A stretch of 51,120 nt of DNA, taken from NCBI GenBank assembly GCA_001938485.1, contig MQRK01237226.1:4283-55402 (forward strand). The letters are read 5' to 3'. The first letter of the stretch is position 1. Each line of letters starts with the position of its first letter. The stretch comes from Girardia tigrina (taxonomy: Eukaryota). Positions 39,740 through 51,120 of the stretch are shown piece after piece. Position numbers and translations under genes: made by a program. The notes beneath the pieces are model-generated. The model worked only from the letters and a program-made list of their open reading frames with translations, was not told the origin of the DNA and ran no database searches.

Positions 39740-40507
39740 TTCTTTAAACCTATTTTGGTTTTCATAACATTGTGTTCATAGGTGTCCTCTTCTTTGACAG
39801 TGGCTACACTTAACGTTTGGACATTCTCTTCTAACATGACCTTCCTCATGGCATGCCCAACAAATTATTTTTCTGACTTTATAATTTCGACTTCTACCGT
39901 CTCTCTTTACTTCATCGTTCCGTGGTTTTGGCGTTCTTCTTTTATTCTCCACAGTTTTCCAATCGTTTTCTTTTCTTGTGTTATATGCTGCAATTGGTGA
40001 ATTTCTTTTCTTTTTCCCGTAATCATACATCCTCATTTGTATGTTTTCGATCTCCTCTGCCGTTGTTACACCTCGAATCGCTATCTCTTGATCAACGTTA
40101 TCATCGTCAATCATATTAGCATAGACCAAGTTTGATAGTTCTTTCTAACCAAACTTTTTCTCCGCTAATTTTTTGATTATCTCATCTGCTTTGCGGAACG
40201 CAAGTGACTGGTCACCACAACCTACTCTTAACTCTATGAGATCTTTCATCAAATCCAAAGTAGATTTCTCTTTTGAAAATGCTGCTCGCATTTTCTCTTC
40301 GTAAGTACTCCCTGGGGCCTTGTCGTATCTCAGAATCGCATCTAGAGTCAAGTAGGGTGTTACGAGTAGGATTTTTCTCTCCTCTGATAATCCCATAATC
40401 TTTGAATACCTGTTAAAACTTATCAGGAATTCTTCTAATTAGTGCTTCGATCCATCGAATGTTTCTGAACCTTTGATGTTCGGAGTCACGTGGTGTGAAG
40501 TCGCCAT
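39740..40507 (-). pseudogene. Gypsy gag with zinc knuckles
   Basis: ETFDG..LEEF N-terminus; CWACHEEGHVRREC and CSHCQRRGH; in-frame stops. Confidence 0.88.
40494..40506 (-). promoter_or_regulatory. Primer-binding site
   Basis: TGGCGACTTC directly after the LTR end ..TTAACA; cognate tRNA not determinable here. Confidence 0.75.
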
Positions 40508-40994
40508 GTTAAGAGAACTCACACATTTGACAGAACATTTATTACATTCACATTTCTTATCATCTTTATGATGATCAATAGTATTGCTTTTACTTAAGTC
40601 CATCATTCAATTTTCAATATCTCTCATTATAATCTGAACTATGCTTGAGGAGATTATTTTATTTAAAAATATTTAATTTATATTTTATTGGCTAAGATAA
40701 AATATTTTTATAGTCATTTTTAAACATTAATTTGATTTTAATTATTTAAACATTTACAAATATAAAATCAATAAAATTATTTAAAAGTTGCAATAATAAA
40801 AATTAAAAATTTGAATATTAAATCTAAATTTAAATAAATTAGTTTCAGATTGTGAGAATTAAAATATTGATCATACATCTGATTAGGAGAGGCACAATCC
40901 CAAATCAACGCACAACATTTAAACATGCAAACAATACAAAAACAATTACACACCCCATATTCCTCACACACACATATGTATATATATATTGACA
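40507..40994 (-). repeat. 5' LTR (homologous to the PLE leader)
   Basis: Ends TTAACA before the PBS with AATAAA ~30 nt upstream; possible start TGTCAA at 40994; copies at 20645 and 28519. Confidence 0.7.
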
Positions 40995-41006
40995 TTTATT
41001 TTTCAC

Positions 41007-41045
41007 GACAATTAATTTCGACGGTATAACCGTCATCGTCAGGTC
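41007..41045 (-). ncRNA. Minimal type I hammerhead ribozyme
   Basis: GAC-CTGACGA-T-GACGG ttata CCGTC-GAAA-TTAA-TT^GTC; intact core, perfect stem II, stem I GAC/GTC. Confidence 0.85.
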
Positions 41046-41089
41046 TCAAGAAAAAAAGAGTTTTAAATCTGCTTATATAGGTCAAACAG

Positions 41090-41725
41090 TTTTTGTGAAT
41101 CTCGATACAAATATAATATTATTAGAGGATTAATTTAAGAATCTTGGTCATTATCATCAACTTATTGAAAAATTTGTGATATCATTAAACAATTAACCAA
41201 ATTATTGAATAAAAATGGTTATTCAAAATCTATTGTTGAGAAACTGACTAAAAAAACAATTTATAAATTAGTTAATAAACCGATTAAAAATTATAAAGAA
41301 GAATCAACAACTTTAAAATACATTTTAAGCATTCCGTAATCCGAAATATTTGGTCCATTAAAACATTCAATTTTAAAATACGCAAATAATTTTAAATAAA
41401 TTTAAAAATAATATCACAAATATATATAAAATTGAAAATGTATTTTATAATAAATCTTCGACCCCATTTGTATTATGTTCGTACTTCATATATAAATTTA
41501 CATGTAATTGGTGTAATACATCATACATTGTACAGACGTCCCGTCATCTCTGTAAGAGAATCCAAGAACATGGTCGAAAATTTAGGTGTGAATAATATTG
41601 CAAAACACAGAAAGGGTTGTAATTCTAACGAAAATATAAACATAAATGATTGAAATATTCTGTGTACTCGTTTTACAAACTATTGGGAGAGGGCGGCCTG
41701 TGAATCACTTTATATCAGATCAAAT
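41090..41725 (+). mobile_element. PLE RT-tail/GIY-YIG remnant
   Basis: Matches 4035-4670 (NGYSKSIVEKLTK, CKRIQEH, NYWER..ESLYIRS). Confidence 0.85.
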
Positions 41726-42546
41726 AAATTAACATATATTTATATTTACAATTATTTTGATATTATTGGATTGTGCAAGAAAAATTAAAAATCTTTTCTC
41801 AGAAATTTACTAAGGTAAAACTTGTTTATATATTATTTTTATTGTTGTTATTAAATAAAAGTTTCAAAAATGTCCTTTTCTGAATTTTCATCAGAACTCA
41901 ACCACGAACCTAATAATTTAATTTATAAATAGAAAGCATTTAGGGGACAATTGTAAATTTGATTTTTTGTTAAAAATGATTAATTGATAATTCGTATAGT
42001 AAATGTTTCAATGGATTCATGTAATTTTACCTGTATTCACATCTGCGCAAAATTTTAGCTCAATGAAACCATCAGAAGTATGTGAAAATTCATTAGCGAA
42101 TTTGTGGGCATATATACATATATACACATTCAGATATTTAATGTAGTCCATATAAGTATTGTAAAAACAAACGTTTTTTTTAAATATTCAATCAATGTTT
42201 CAAGAACGTATTCATTAAACATAATAAAATAGTTTCCTTCTTTCATTTTATTATTATTATAATAATTATTATTATTATGATTGTTATTATTACTATTTTT
42301 ATTGTATTTTCAAAATACTTTCCTTACTCGTGACATTATCATGTATAATTTAATATTTTAATTAAAATTTCTATAATTATAAAATTGAATTTTTTTCTGT
42401 GTTAATCATCCGGTTACTGTTTGCATGTAACTTTGCAAATTTACGCGAGTCAGAGTTATAAAAAAGTACCTTGTGTTATTATATTACTTGCTAATAAATG
42501 AAACGTGAAGGAACTGAATGCTGTCACAGCTGAGCCCCTTTGGGAA

Positions 42547-43990
42547 TGTTAATAAAACTTACACAATTCCACAGATGTAGTTTTCAATTTTCATATTATA
42601 TTCTTTCAGTTTGAACTTAGGTTCAGAAGAGAAACGAAAGTTCTGAAACAGCAAAATTAACTCATTAATCCTTCACTCAAATTTCAAGTTATATAAAAAG
42701 GATCCATTAAAATATTTATAAGAGAAAGAAAAATGGAAAAATTTTATGATGATTTACTTTTCAGTTGAAATTTTAATTTCTTATTTAATTAAAATCACAA
42801 AAACATGTGGTTTTAAGTTTACTTTCGTTACTTACAATTTTCTTACTTTAAATAAGAACGGTTTATGTTATATCAAGAACTCTTGGGTTTTCTTTTTCTC
42901 ACATCATGTGGAGATTGGATTTTTACCTGACGATCTTGTATGGGCCTTCATATTGGAAATCATTCTTGTTCCTTTTGTTAGGATCTACCATGATCAGTAC
43001 CATATCCCCCTCCTTGAAATATCTTTCACCTGGGATCCAATTTTGATATTTTTTCAGTTTCTCCGCTGTCATTCTGGAATTAATCCAGCCTTCTGCAATA
43101 ATCTCATCTCTTGTTTTAGTATGGCAACCAACTGCGGAATGGATGTTCACTTTCCGTTCTAAAAAAATTTCAAAAGGCGAAAAGTTTGTTGAATCTTGTT
43201 TGGTGGCATTTAAGCTCAATTCTATTCGTAACAATAATTCATATCAATTTTTTCTATACACTTCCCTTTTAGTGAAGTGACAATCATGTCTCTCACTGTT
43301 CGAATCGCCCGTTCTACCAAACCGTTTAATTGGTGTTGGTAGGGCACGCTAAAGTCTTGTTTGATTTGCAACTGACCCAAACTTCTACTCATGAATGTGT
43401 TCTGAAATTGTCTACCCCTGTCCGTCTGGATATTTTACGGCTTTCCAAACTTGTAAATCTAATTGTGCAGAATGCAATTAAATATGGTATGCTCATCCTG
43501 TTTGGAAAATGCATTTAAATTTACCAATTTACAGAATCTAACTATAATTACCACAATATATCTTTTTTTGGATGCAACTTTATCCATCTGTGCGATGTCT
43601 ACTACAATTTGATCCTGGAAATTGTTTCTAATCCGTGGTAATAAAGTTTCTTTCGTTCTTGTTTGACCAATTCACCTTTTCACACATACGATACATTCAT
43701 TAATACACTGCCGTATAGTTTTGTACAATGATTGCCAGTAGAAATTATCCTGCATGTATTTAGATATCTTTTTAATTCCAAGATGAAATAGATCGACATG
43801 TATATTTTTAATAAATTCACATACATATTCTTCACGAACGATCGTCAACAGATTGTTGTTTATCTCGACCATTAAGAGTCCATTTGATACTGCTAGCTGT
43901 TTTATCAATTTGTACAGCTAGCTTCTCTTAAAACACTTGAAAAACTTTCATTATAATCTGTCAATGCATCAATCGCTTGTTTTATAACTA
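42547..43990 (-). mobile_element. Gypsy integrase 3' part with putative 3' LTR (42547-42836)
   Basis: IHVDLFHLG..ECIVC, FSPFEI, YEGPYKI; purine-rich tract then TGTAAG...TTAACA. Confidence 0.85.
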
Positions 43991-43994
43991 AATT

Positions 43995-44400
43995 AGAATG
44001 CTTCTTTTCTTCGATCGTCTTGATTACATCATCGTCTTCTGTAGGGAATTCGAAATGTCGCCGCTGCTGTGGAAAAAACGTAACAATTTTCTTGTAAAAA
44101 CAATGCCAAATTTACCAATTCCGATTTTATATTGGTCATCATTGTTGCACGGAAAATTCGTTGATTTAATAATTCGTTGTTTTTAAAAATTTTCGTTATG
44201 CTCACTCAATATGTTCTCATATCAAAACCGCTCTATGAATGATGATGAAAGATAATTTGAATCTGATGATGATTACATTCATTGTTGCATCCGCCGAGAT
44301 GATACTCATGATGATCTGTGTGAAAATCTTGACGTTTTAGAATTATTCGTCGACCGAATATTCAAGCAAATTTCTTTTTGGTAAATGTACCTCGATTTAA
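43995..44400 (-). pseudogene. Possible protein-kinase fragment
   Basis: YKIGIGKFGIVF (GxGxFGxV) at ~44096-44134, then VIKT after a frameshift; upstream frame has stops. Confidence 0.35.
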
Positions 44401-45589
44401 TGAGTTATAATGGAATTTGATTTAAACTCTGATTTTTCTTTATGGAAATTTTTTCTCCGAGAAAATTTTCTATTTTCTATCAGTATTTTTTATGTGAATT
44501 TGAAAAAAATAGAATTCACAAATTCTTAGCAAAAAAATTCCATTGAAAATTCTGTTTAATGTTTTAAAAAATGAGGCAGTAAAATTTTTTATCCATTTAT
44601 TGACGAATTTACGAAAATTTTTATAATATGGAAATCAACGATATATAAAAAGAAAACGATAACTAATTGTACAATTAACAAAACAATTCAAAATCCATAG
44701 ATGCAGTATATCAATTTCCAGAAGTATTAACAGATTAAATTTTTCGTTGGTTTTGACAAAGATTCATTTCTTCTCAATATTCCAAATTATTTATAGTTTA
44801 ACAACGACCAACAAGTAAATTCTAGTTTAATTGTTTCTCTATCGGTCCAATAATTTTGTTTATAACTTACAGAAACTAGGATAATACTTAACCACATATA
44901 ACTGATAAATTACATCCAGCTGATTGTCAAATCTAAATTTACAAATTCCTATATTATATTCTTCAATCAACTCTATACGACTCGTTCTTATCATTCAACA
45001 AAAAAAATCACCATTTCATTCTGAGAATTTTCTTCTGATCGATTCTCGCGAGTATTATTAAAAATTATTTCGTGATACTGACAATTTTCGTTACCTAACA
45101 AGATTTCACGTTACATATATTCGTCTTATTGTATAAACTTATTACATTAAATTTCGTTATTATTAATATATCGCTATAATTGAGATATTTTTATTATCAA
45201 TATTTATTATTGGAGGTATTATAACTATCAAATATCCACAGTATATCTTTCGAAATCACTAGTGGTATTTTACATATTTTGTTTGAAACAAGAACCCTAA
45301 TTAACTCATTTTACTTACTATAGTTTAAAATACGAACCACTGAGAGTGTATTGTATTTCGAACTATATATATTAGTGACTATAAGTCACTAAAATACTTA
45401 AACAAAGCTTTAACCATTTTGAAAGTTCATGACTCGATAACATGTTATTAAAACTAATAAAAAACACATCAATATTAGATGATTAAAAATTGTTTCGTGA
45501 ATTTATATTTACTTGATTTAAATAAATGACACCCTCCTTTAAACGACGTTCACAAATAGCGCAAATTTTATTAAACACAATACACAATG

Positions 45590-45800
45590 CAATGTTAAAT
45601 ATTTTAAAAGAAACATTGTTTATAAGATCATATGATCCTAAAATCGATACAAACTCGACACTTTCAACCAATTTGTGAAGATTTTTTGATTATTTTGCCT
45701 TCAGAGATTATACAATAATTTATTTCTCATAAATCAATAGTTAAAAGCACATTTATCAGTTATCTGATGAAGGCAAAACCATCAAAATATATTTTAAAAT
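45590..45800 (+). mobile_element. Old PLE 3' end with decayed hammerhead
   Basis: ETLFIRSYDPKID resembles EALYIRSLDPKIN; CTGATGA at 45764 but GAAA is lost. Confidence 0.45.
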
Positions 45801-45936
45801 GGCGTTATTTTTTCTGTTTAAGAAGATTGCCATTATTTTTAAAATATATTTTAACAGTGCAATTTGTTAATGTGTAATCTATCAGAGTAAATGTTTAAAT
45901 TTAATATTTAAGAGTTTTTATTATTTAAATGGATTT

Positions 45937-47007
45937 AGTAATATAATTTGAAACACTGAAAATAAGTCTAAAGTATATTTATAAAGTAAATTACTCAGGA
46001 ATAATTGAACTCAGAGCATAAATAACGCACATTAAAACAAATGTTACAAAATAGTAAAGTAAATATTAACAATCCAGATATCAAACTTAATATACAACTG
46101 TACTGAAGCTGTGTTAATGTTACAATCGACATTGAAAATGTTCCCTGAAAGCTATTTCTTAGGAATTCTCTTGAGGAAGTCCTTTTTCGCTTCAGACCTT
46201 ACATAAACCAAAAATATTTTAAATTATGTTTTGGGACAATATTCTTCACTAGATTCAATCTCCTGCGAATTAGCAGTTCACAAGTGGCTTTCATTTTTTT
46301 CTTTCGGTATCCTCAATCACCACCTCAATATCCACCAAATTTTATGGTGATTCATTTCCGTCGTTCTTTCATCACTGACATTGGACTCATCTGAATTTTT
46401 GTAGGCCTTAATATGGTCAGTATTACCAATATCACGTCCTATTTTGATGTTATTTGGGGATGCAACCATTGAAATATAATGTTCAGTATTTCTTTTAAAT
46501 ATCGACAAGTCTTTAGCTAACTTTAACAAATACTTAAAAAAATTTACTTCAATACTTTTAACTTCTTTTTTTTTATTTCAGCTGAAAGATCATAGTAGAA
46601 TACGCACAGAGTGTAACCCTTCTCGTATTGTAAACACGTTTATATCAGCACCATTTCATCCACTATTTGTATTTTACAAGTTTACGATTCATCGTTTGAT
46701 CGTATGCGTTGAACTCTTCTAAATCAAACACCTGTCATAAAACCTTTTCTCTTCCTCTATATTCTCATATATTTTTCCAGGCTCATTCGAGTCCCGAATT
46801 CCTTATGAACTAGCGACGACTTGTAATATCAGAACACTGGAAAATAAACTCAAAGTATATTGATAAAGTAATTTACACAGAAATATTCGAATTCAGAGCA
46901 TAAGCACAATACATTTAAGCAAATGTCACAAAAGATTATTGTTAACAATCCAGTCATTTAATTTTCACCCAGCAAATTATTCTAGAAGTTATTTTTGAAC
47001 GTTAACA
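45937..47007 (-). mobile_element. Internally deleted LTR element with two ~187-bp LTRs
   Basis: Direct repeats 45937-46124 and 46822-47007 ((T)GTAATA...TACA/AACA); the interior has an integrase-tail-like peptide (DHIKAY). Confidence 0.65.
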
Positions 47008-47404
47008 GGGGTTTGAAGGGGAGCGCCACATTTTCAATTTGAACAAACGGGGACAAGTGTTCGGAATTCGAACATTTCAATTATTATATTTTGTTTTTTT
47101 TAATTAAATTAAATTATCATTATTATATGTATATATATAATTACATTTCTTTTGGTATGTAAATTTTTTTAAATTTTTTTGATGAAAAGGTTTTTGAATT
47201 GTGGAAAATACCAGAAAGAAAGTTTGAACGGTTGTTTTAATCGAACCGTTGCATAGCAACATTGATGATTTGAATTTTGATTCGTGAGTTGTGTTAAAAA
47301 CAATAAATATTTCTGATTTTGAATTACGAGTTTTAAATTCTGAATTTGTCAATATTTTTCTATTTTTTTCTACTGTTTCATATTGAACAATCAACTCTGA
47401 ATTA

Positions 47405-47983
47405 ATGCTCTTTCGAAAACCGAGCAACTCTGAAATCACAGAGAAATTCAAAATTCTCAACGAAAAAGCTGAATCGGTGTTGATCGAAGTGGATTTTCTG
47501 AAAAATACTCTCTTAACCGATGACGGTGTGTTGAATGAAATTTTGATAGATTTGAATTGCGAATCGAATACGAAATTGTTGTCAGATAGACTTTCGAGTG
47601 CCGATATTGAAACGAATAAATCGAACCTAGAACATTTGTCTGGAATTCGAGAGAAGATTCTCGATGAATTGTATTTCCATTGTCATTGTCTGATCGAGGT
47701 GATGGACACCAAAGATAATTTTATGGATCTGTTCGTGTCGTATTTGGAGTTGATTGCGAATTATTCGGCAATGATGATCATTCTCAGTGGAATTGTTCCG
47801 CAAATAAAATCGATTCTTGTGTTGTGCAGTTTCGCGGTGTTGTCAGAATTCGATCAAGACGATCGGTTCTATCATCGATTGTGTGAAGGATCATCTCTAT
47901 GGGTCCAGATGCTCCCTTCTTTCGGACAATTCAGAAACAACAAGAGTTCAGAAAGGTTTGGAAACACTAAATTAATGGATTAA
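47405..47983 (+). CDS. NCKAP1: NCKAP1/Hem (WAVE complex Nap1) N-terminal region; first exon or truncated copy
   Basis: ITEKFKILNEKA ~ LAEKLTILNDRG; LIEVMDTKD ~ FVDVMEFKD; YLELIANYSAMMIILS ~ YLDLIITYTTLMILLS; DRFYHRL ~ DREYPRL; similarity ends ~47885. Confidence 0.75.
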   Translation: MLFRKPSNSEITEKFKILNEKAESVLIEVDFLKNTLLTDDGVLNEILIDLNCESNTKLLSDRLSSADIETNKSNLEHLSGIREKILDELYFHCHCLIEVMDTKDNFMDLFVSYLELIANYSAMMIILSGIVPQIKSILVLCSFAVLSEFDQDDRFYHRLCEGSSLWVQMLPSFGQFRNNKSSERFGNTKLMD

Positions 47984-49010
47984 AAACCCTTTCTTTTAGA
48001 ATAACACTGTAATATTTACGTTTTGTAGGATTGATATTTTAAAATTTTTTAATAATTATTTCTAAGGAAAAAATGTTTTAAAATATAGCAATTTTCTCTG
48101 ATTAAAAATATCTCTTAACTCCATTAAGTCAGTTACAAACTTAATGTTCGTGCATATTTTCTATGATTAACGAAGTGAATAGTAATTAGAAATTCATTCA
48201 ACAATAAATTAGCGACGATTAATTTTATTTTCATTTTTTTTCTTTTATGTCAATCTTATGCAATTATAATTTTAATTCTTGTCTATGGATTCTCGTTTTC
48301 ACTGTCGAAATTATTCCTCGGTGTAATGTGGAATAATTATATAATTTCATTTTGCAAAAAAAGATTGTCTAAAAGATTAAATCACTCGAATTTCTGTCGA
48401 TGTTCCATTAAAAATTTCCAGGAAGCCAACTGAAAAATACATATGACATGGATTTCACAGTTGACAAAGTAAATTTTGTCACATAATAATTGACAAGAAA
48501 ACCAGTTTCAGTTTTCCTTCTCGTGTTATTTTTTGTTAAAATTATAAAAAAAATAATTAAAATTTATTTAAATATTTTTGGACTTTTTTTATTTAAATTA
48601 ATTTGTTTTAAAAATAAATTAGCGCAAATTTATTTTAATATTCTACTTTTTGTTATTGGATTACATATGTTATCTTCTTTCGGAACGGCCGAATACTCCA
48701 TAATAAAAAAGTAAATAACTTTTTACTAAAAATTTATTTCTTGAAACAATTTTCTACTTTTTTGAATTTTTTTCCAAACCCTGAATATTAAAACAATTTC
48801 TTTATTTTAATATGATTCAGTTTTTTTTGGAGGAACCAATTTATTTAAATTACCAACCATATATAGTACAAATATTTATATACATAAAAATAGTTTAATT
48901 ATTTAACTTAATTATTATGTTAAAATTTTCTTAAAGAATTTTACATTATTATTATTCATTTAAATTAATTTACTACATCAAAAATTGTAGCTTCCAATTT
49001 AATCCCTAAC

Positions 49011-49340
49011 ATTCCCCCTCTTCTTTAAAATTTTTGAACTTCTCTACGTTTCTCACCATCTGTTTCCTGTGTATGTCTTCTACCCTATAACTCCTATCGT
49101 GAATCTTTTCAATTATTGTGTACGGCCTTATCATATCAGGCCATTATCATATCGGTCCTCATCTTTTTTTCTGTTTTCCTTCTTGACCCATACTTTGTCC
49201 CCAACTTGAAATGTTTTCTTTGTTTGCACTTCAATATGTGTATTCATGTCTTGTGAGCTTGCAGTTGTGTTTTCTCTCTTCGATGTGTTTTCACTGTACC
49301 ATTTTTGTCTGTCTATCTTCCTTCCAAATATAACTTCGTC
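49011..49340 (-). mobile_element. Gypsy integrase tail, PPT and 3' LTR start
   Basis: IFGRK..FQVGDKVWVKKENRKKDEDRY; PPT AAAGAAGAGGGGGAA (49012-49026) followed by TGTTAG. Confidence 0.85.
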
Positions 49341-50153
49341 GATGGTACGACCATTTGGAACCAGCTCGAAGTGAATCACACCTTCGAAATTCCATCAAAC
49401 ACACAAAAGTGCCTTCCTTGAGAAACGATCTCGTTGCGCTACCGGTTTCACCATTTGTCCGGGGTCCAACCATTGATTTTGTTGGTCTGGTTTACTGAAG
49501 AAAACTCACTTTTCATCGCAAGTTACAATTCGACGGATGAAACGGTCATCGCGCGAATTTTAAGCAATTTTTGACAAGTTTTGAAACGCTTTTCGGTTTG
49601 AATTTGTATCAATTCATTTGGCACTTCTCGACATAGTCTATTGATCTTGCCAAGAGCGTGAAAGTGTCGTACAATGGATGTTTGAAGAATATCGAGTTCG
49701 GCCGACAATCTGCTAGTACTTATTGACGGATTTGTCTCGACGGCTTCACGAATTGCTTCGGAATCTACAGTGATAGGTTGGCCTGAACGTGCATTGTCTC
49801 CGAGGTCAATGTCGCCTTTGTTGAACCTTTTGAACTAATTTTGTGCAGTACGATTTGAGAATACATTATCGACTCCAACTTTGCATATCTTTTTTGTTGC
49901 TGCAGTTGCGTTTAAGCCCTGTTTCCTGTAATGGTGTAAAAGAACACGAATTTAAAAATTTTTCATGATTTTTCTAAAAGACCATAAAAATTATATTAAC
50001 AAATAATTAGAATTTTTAATATATATTGTGATAGAGCAGTTCAAGAGCTTTAAAAACATATAACACATGTATATAAAATATCTTTATTAGGTAATAAGAA
50101 ACAATTGAACAAAAAGACATAGAAAATACGAAAAGACTTTTGGTTCACCCTAA
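49337..50153 (-). mobile_element. 3'-truncated mariner element
   Basis: TIR TTAGGGTGAACCAAAAGTC; ATG at 49966; VPNEL, IVTCDEK, GVIHFELVPNG. Confidence 0.88.
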
Positions 50154-51120
50154 AAAAACGTGACGCGAATCCACTTGAAAAAATTTCAAAATACATAAAA
50201 ATAAATTAAATGTCACAAAAAAGACAAGGCACTTTAACGTAACAAAGTACATGATTATTAGAAACACCAAGTAGTAAAAAAACAGTATGTGTTCTGTGAG
50301 GTTATTATAGTCACTTCTTCAAGACATTTTGATTAACAATTTTTCTTTTTTGTTCTGTACTAAAAATAATACTTTTTTAATGAAAAAGGGTCACAAATTC
50401 TTCATTAAGAATATCAGTATTTACACTTTCCTCATCATAGATTTTGATTTCTAAAATAAAAGTTGGTCTGATTTGTAAACGTTGTCTCCTTCTAGAACTG
50501 TCAGGAACCGCTTGAAGTTTGTATTAAAGTTCGGAAATATAACTTATTTAACAATGATCAAAGTTTTTTTAAGGGAATTATCGACAGACTTCATCACCTC
50601 TTCTAATCCGTGTTATTCTTCAAAAATCCACAAAAATCATATAAAAATAAATTTATAAATTTATATTTCAAATTTTATAATTAGAAAACGATTTTCTTAT
50701 TGATAAAATATAAAAGTTTATAAAGTAAATAATTTCTAATTAATTTTTTTCTTACTTAAAATAAAAGTTGATTCTTTTGCATATTTAAAAGCAAACAAAT
50801 ACACAAAATATTGTAATACTTCATTTTGAAGTTTGAAAGCAATCTTTTATATATATGCAAAAGTAAAAAAAGATAAAATAGTTACACAAAACAACTTTTA
50901 TAAGAATTGAATTTTTTGCCTCTTTTCTTAAAAACCTTTTGATCATTTAAGAGAATTTCTAAACTGAGTCGAATTTCTGACAAATTTTTAATCCTTTTAC
51001 TTATAAATCACTCAGAAATATTTTTACATTTTTAATTTTATTAAAAGATTCTCTTAAAATTTTAATGTATCTGAAAATATTATTTATTATAAATTTTTAC
51101 TATTATTTTATATTAAAAAA

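Larger units (their letters stand above)
36250..40994 (-). mobile_element. Near full-length Ty3/Gypsy LTR retrotransposon, frameshifted, 3' LTR missing
   Basis: Order LTR-PBS-gag(CCHC)-PR-RT-RH-IN; outer LTR boundary uncertain. Confidence 0.95.

Overview
Very AT-rich eukaryotic DNA, probably from an animal-type genome (organism not identifiable from sequence alone), with three assembly gaps. It is a nested transposon graveyard with no clearly intact host gene. It contains a near-complete but frameshifted Ty3/Gypsy element (-, ~36250-40990) plus other Gypsy pieces, Tc1, mariner, pogo/Tigger, hAT and piggyBac-type DNA elements and MITEs, an R2/NeSL-like RT fragment, and at least seven Penelope-like element (PLE) remnants. 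The most interesting signals are these. (1) A family of minimal hammerhead ribozymes (CTGANGA-T-stemII-GAAA-TTAA-TH) tied to the PLE ends, with compensatory stem I changes. (2) A six-copy bipartite PLE leader motif that looks like a short intron ending in CAG|ATG. (3) The 5' LTR of the Gypsy element appears to be made of this hammerhead-linked PLE leader, with an open frame running from the LTR through the PBS into gag. (4) Several intronless or decayed host-gene fragments (NCKAP1, diaphanous-type formin FH2, a kinase G-loop, unknown ORFs) are scattered among the retroelement remnants. All alignments were done by eye, so boundaries are approximate.
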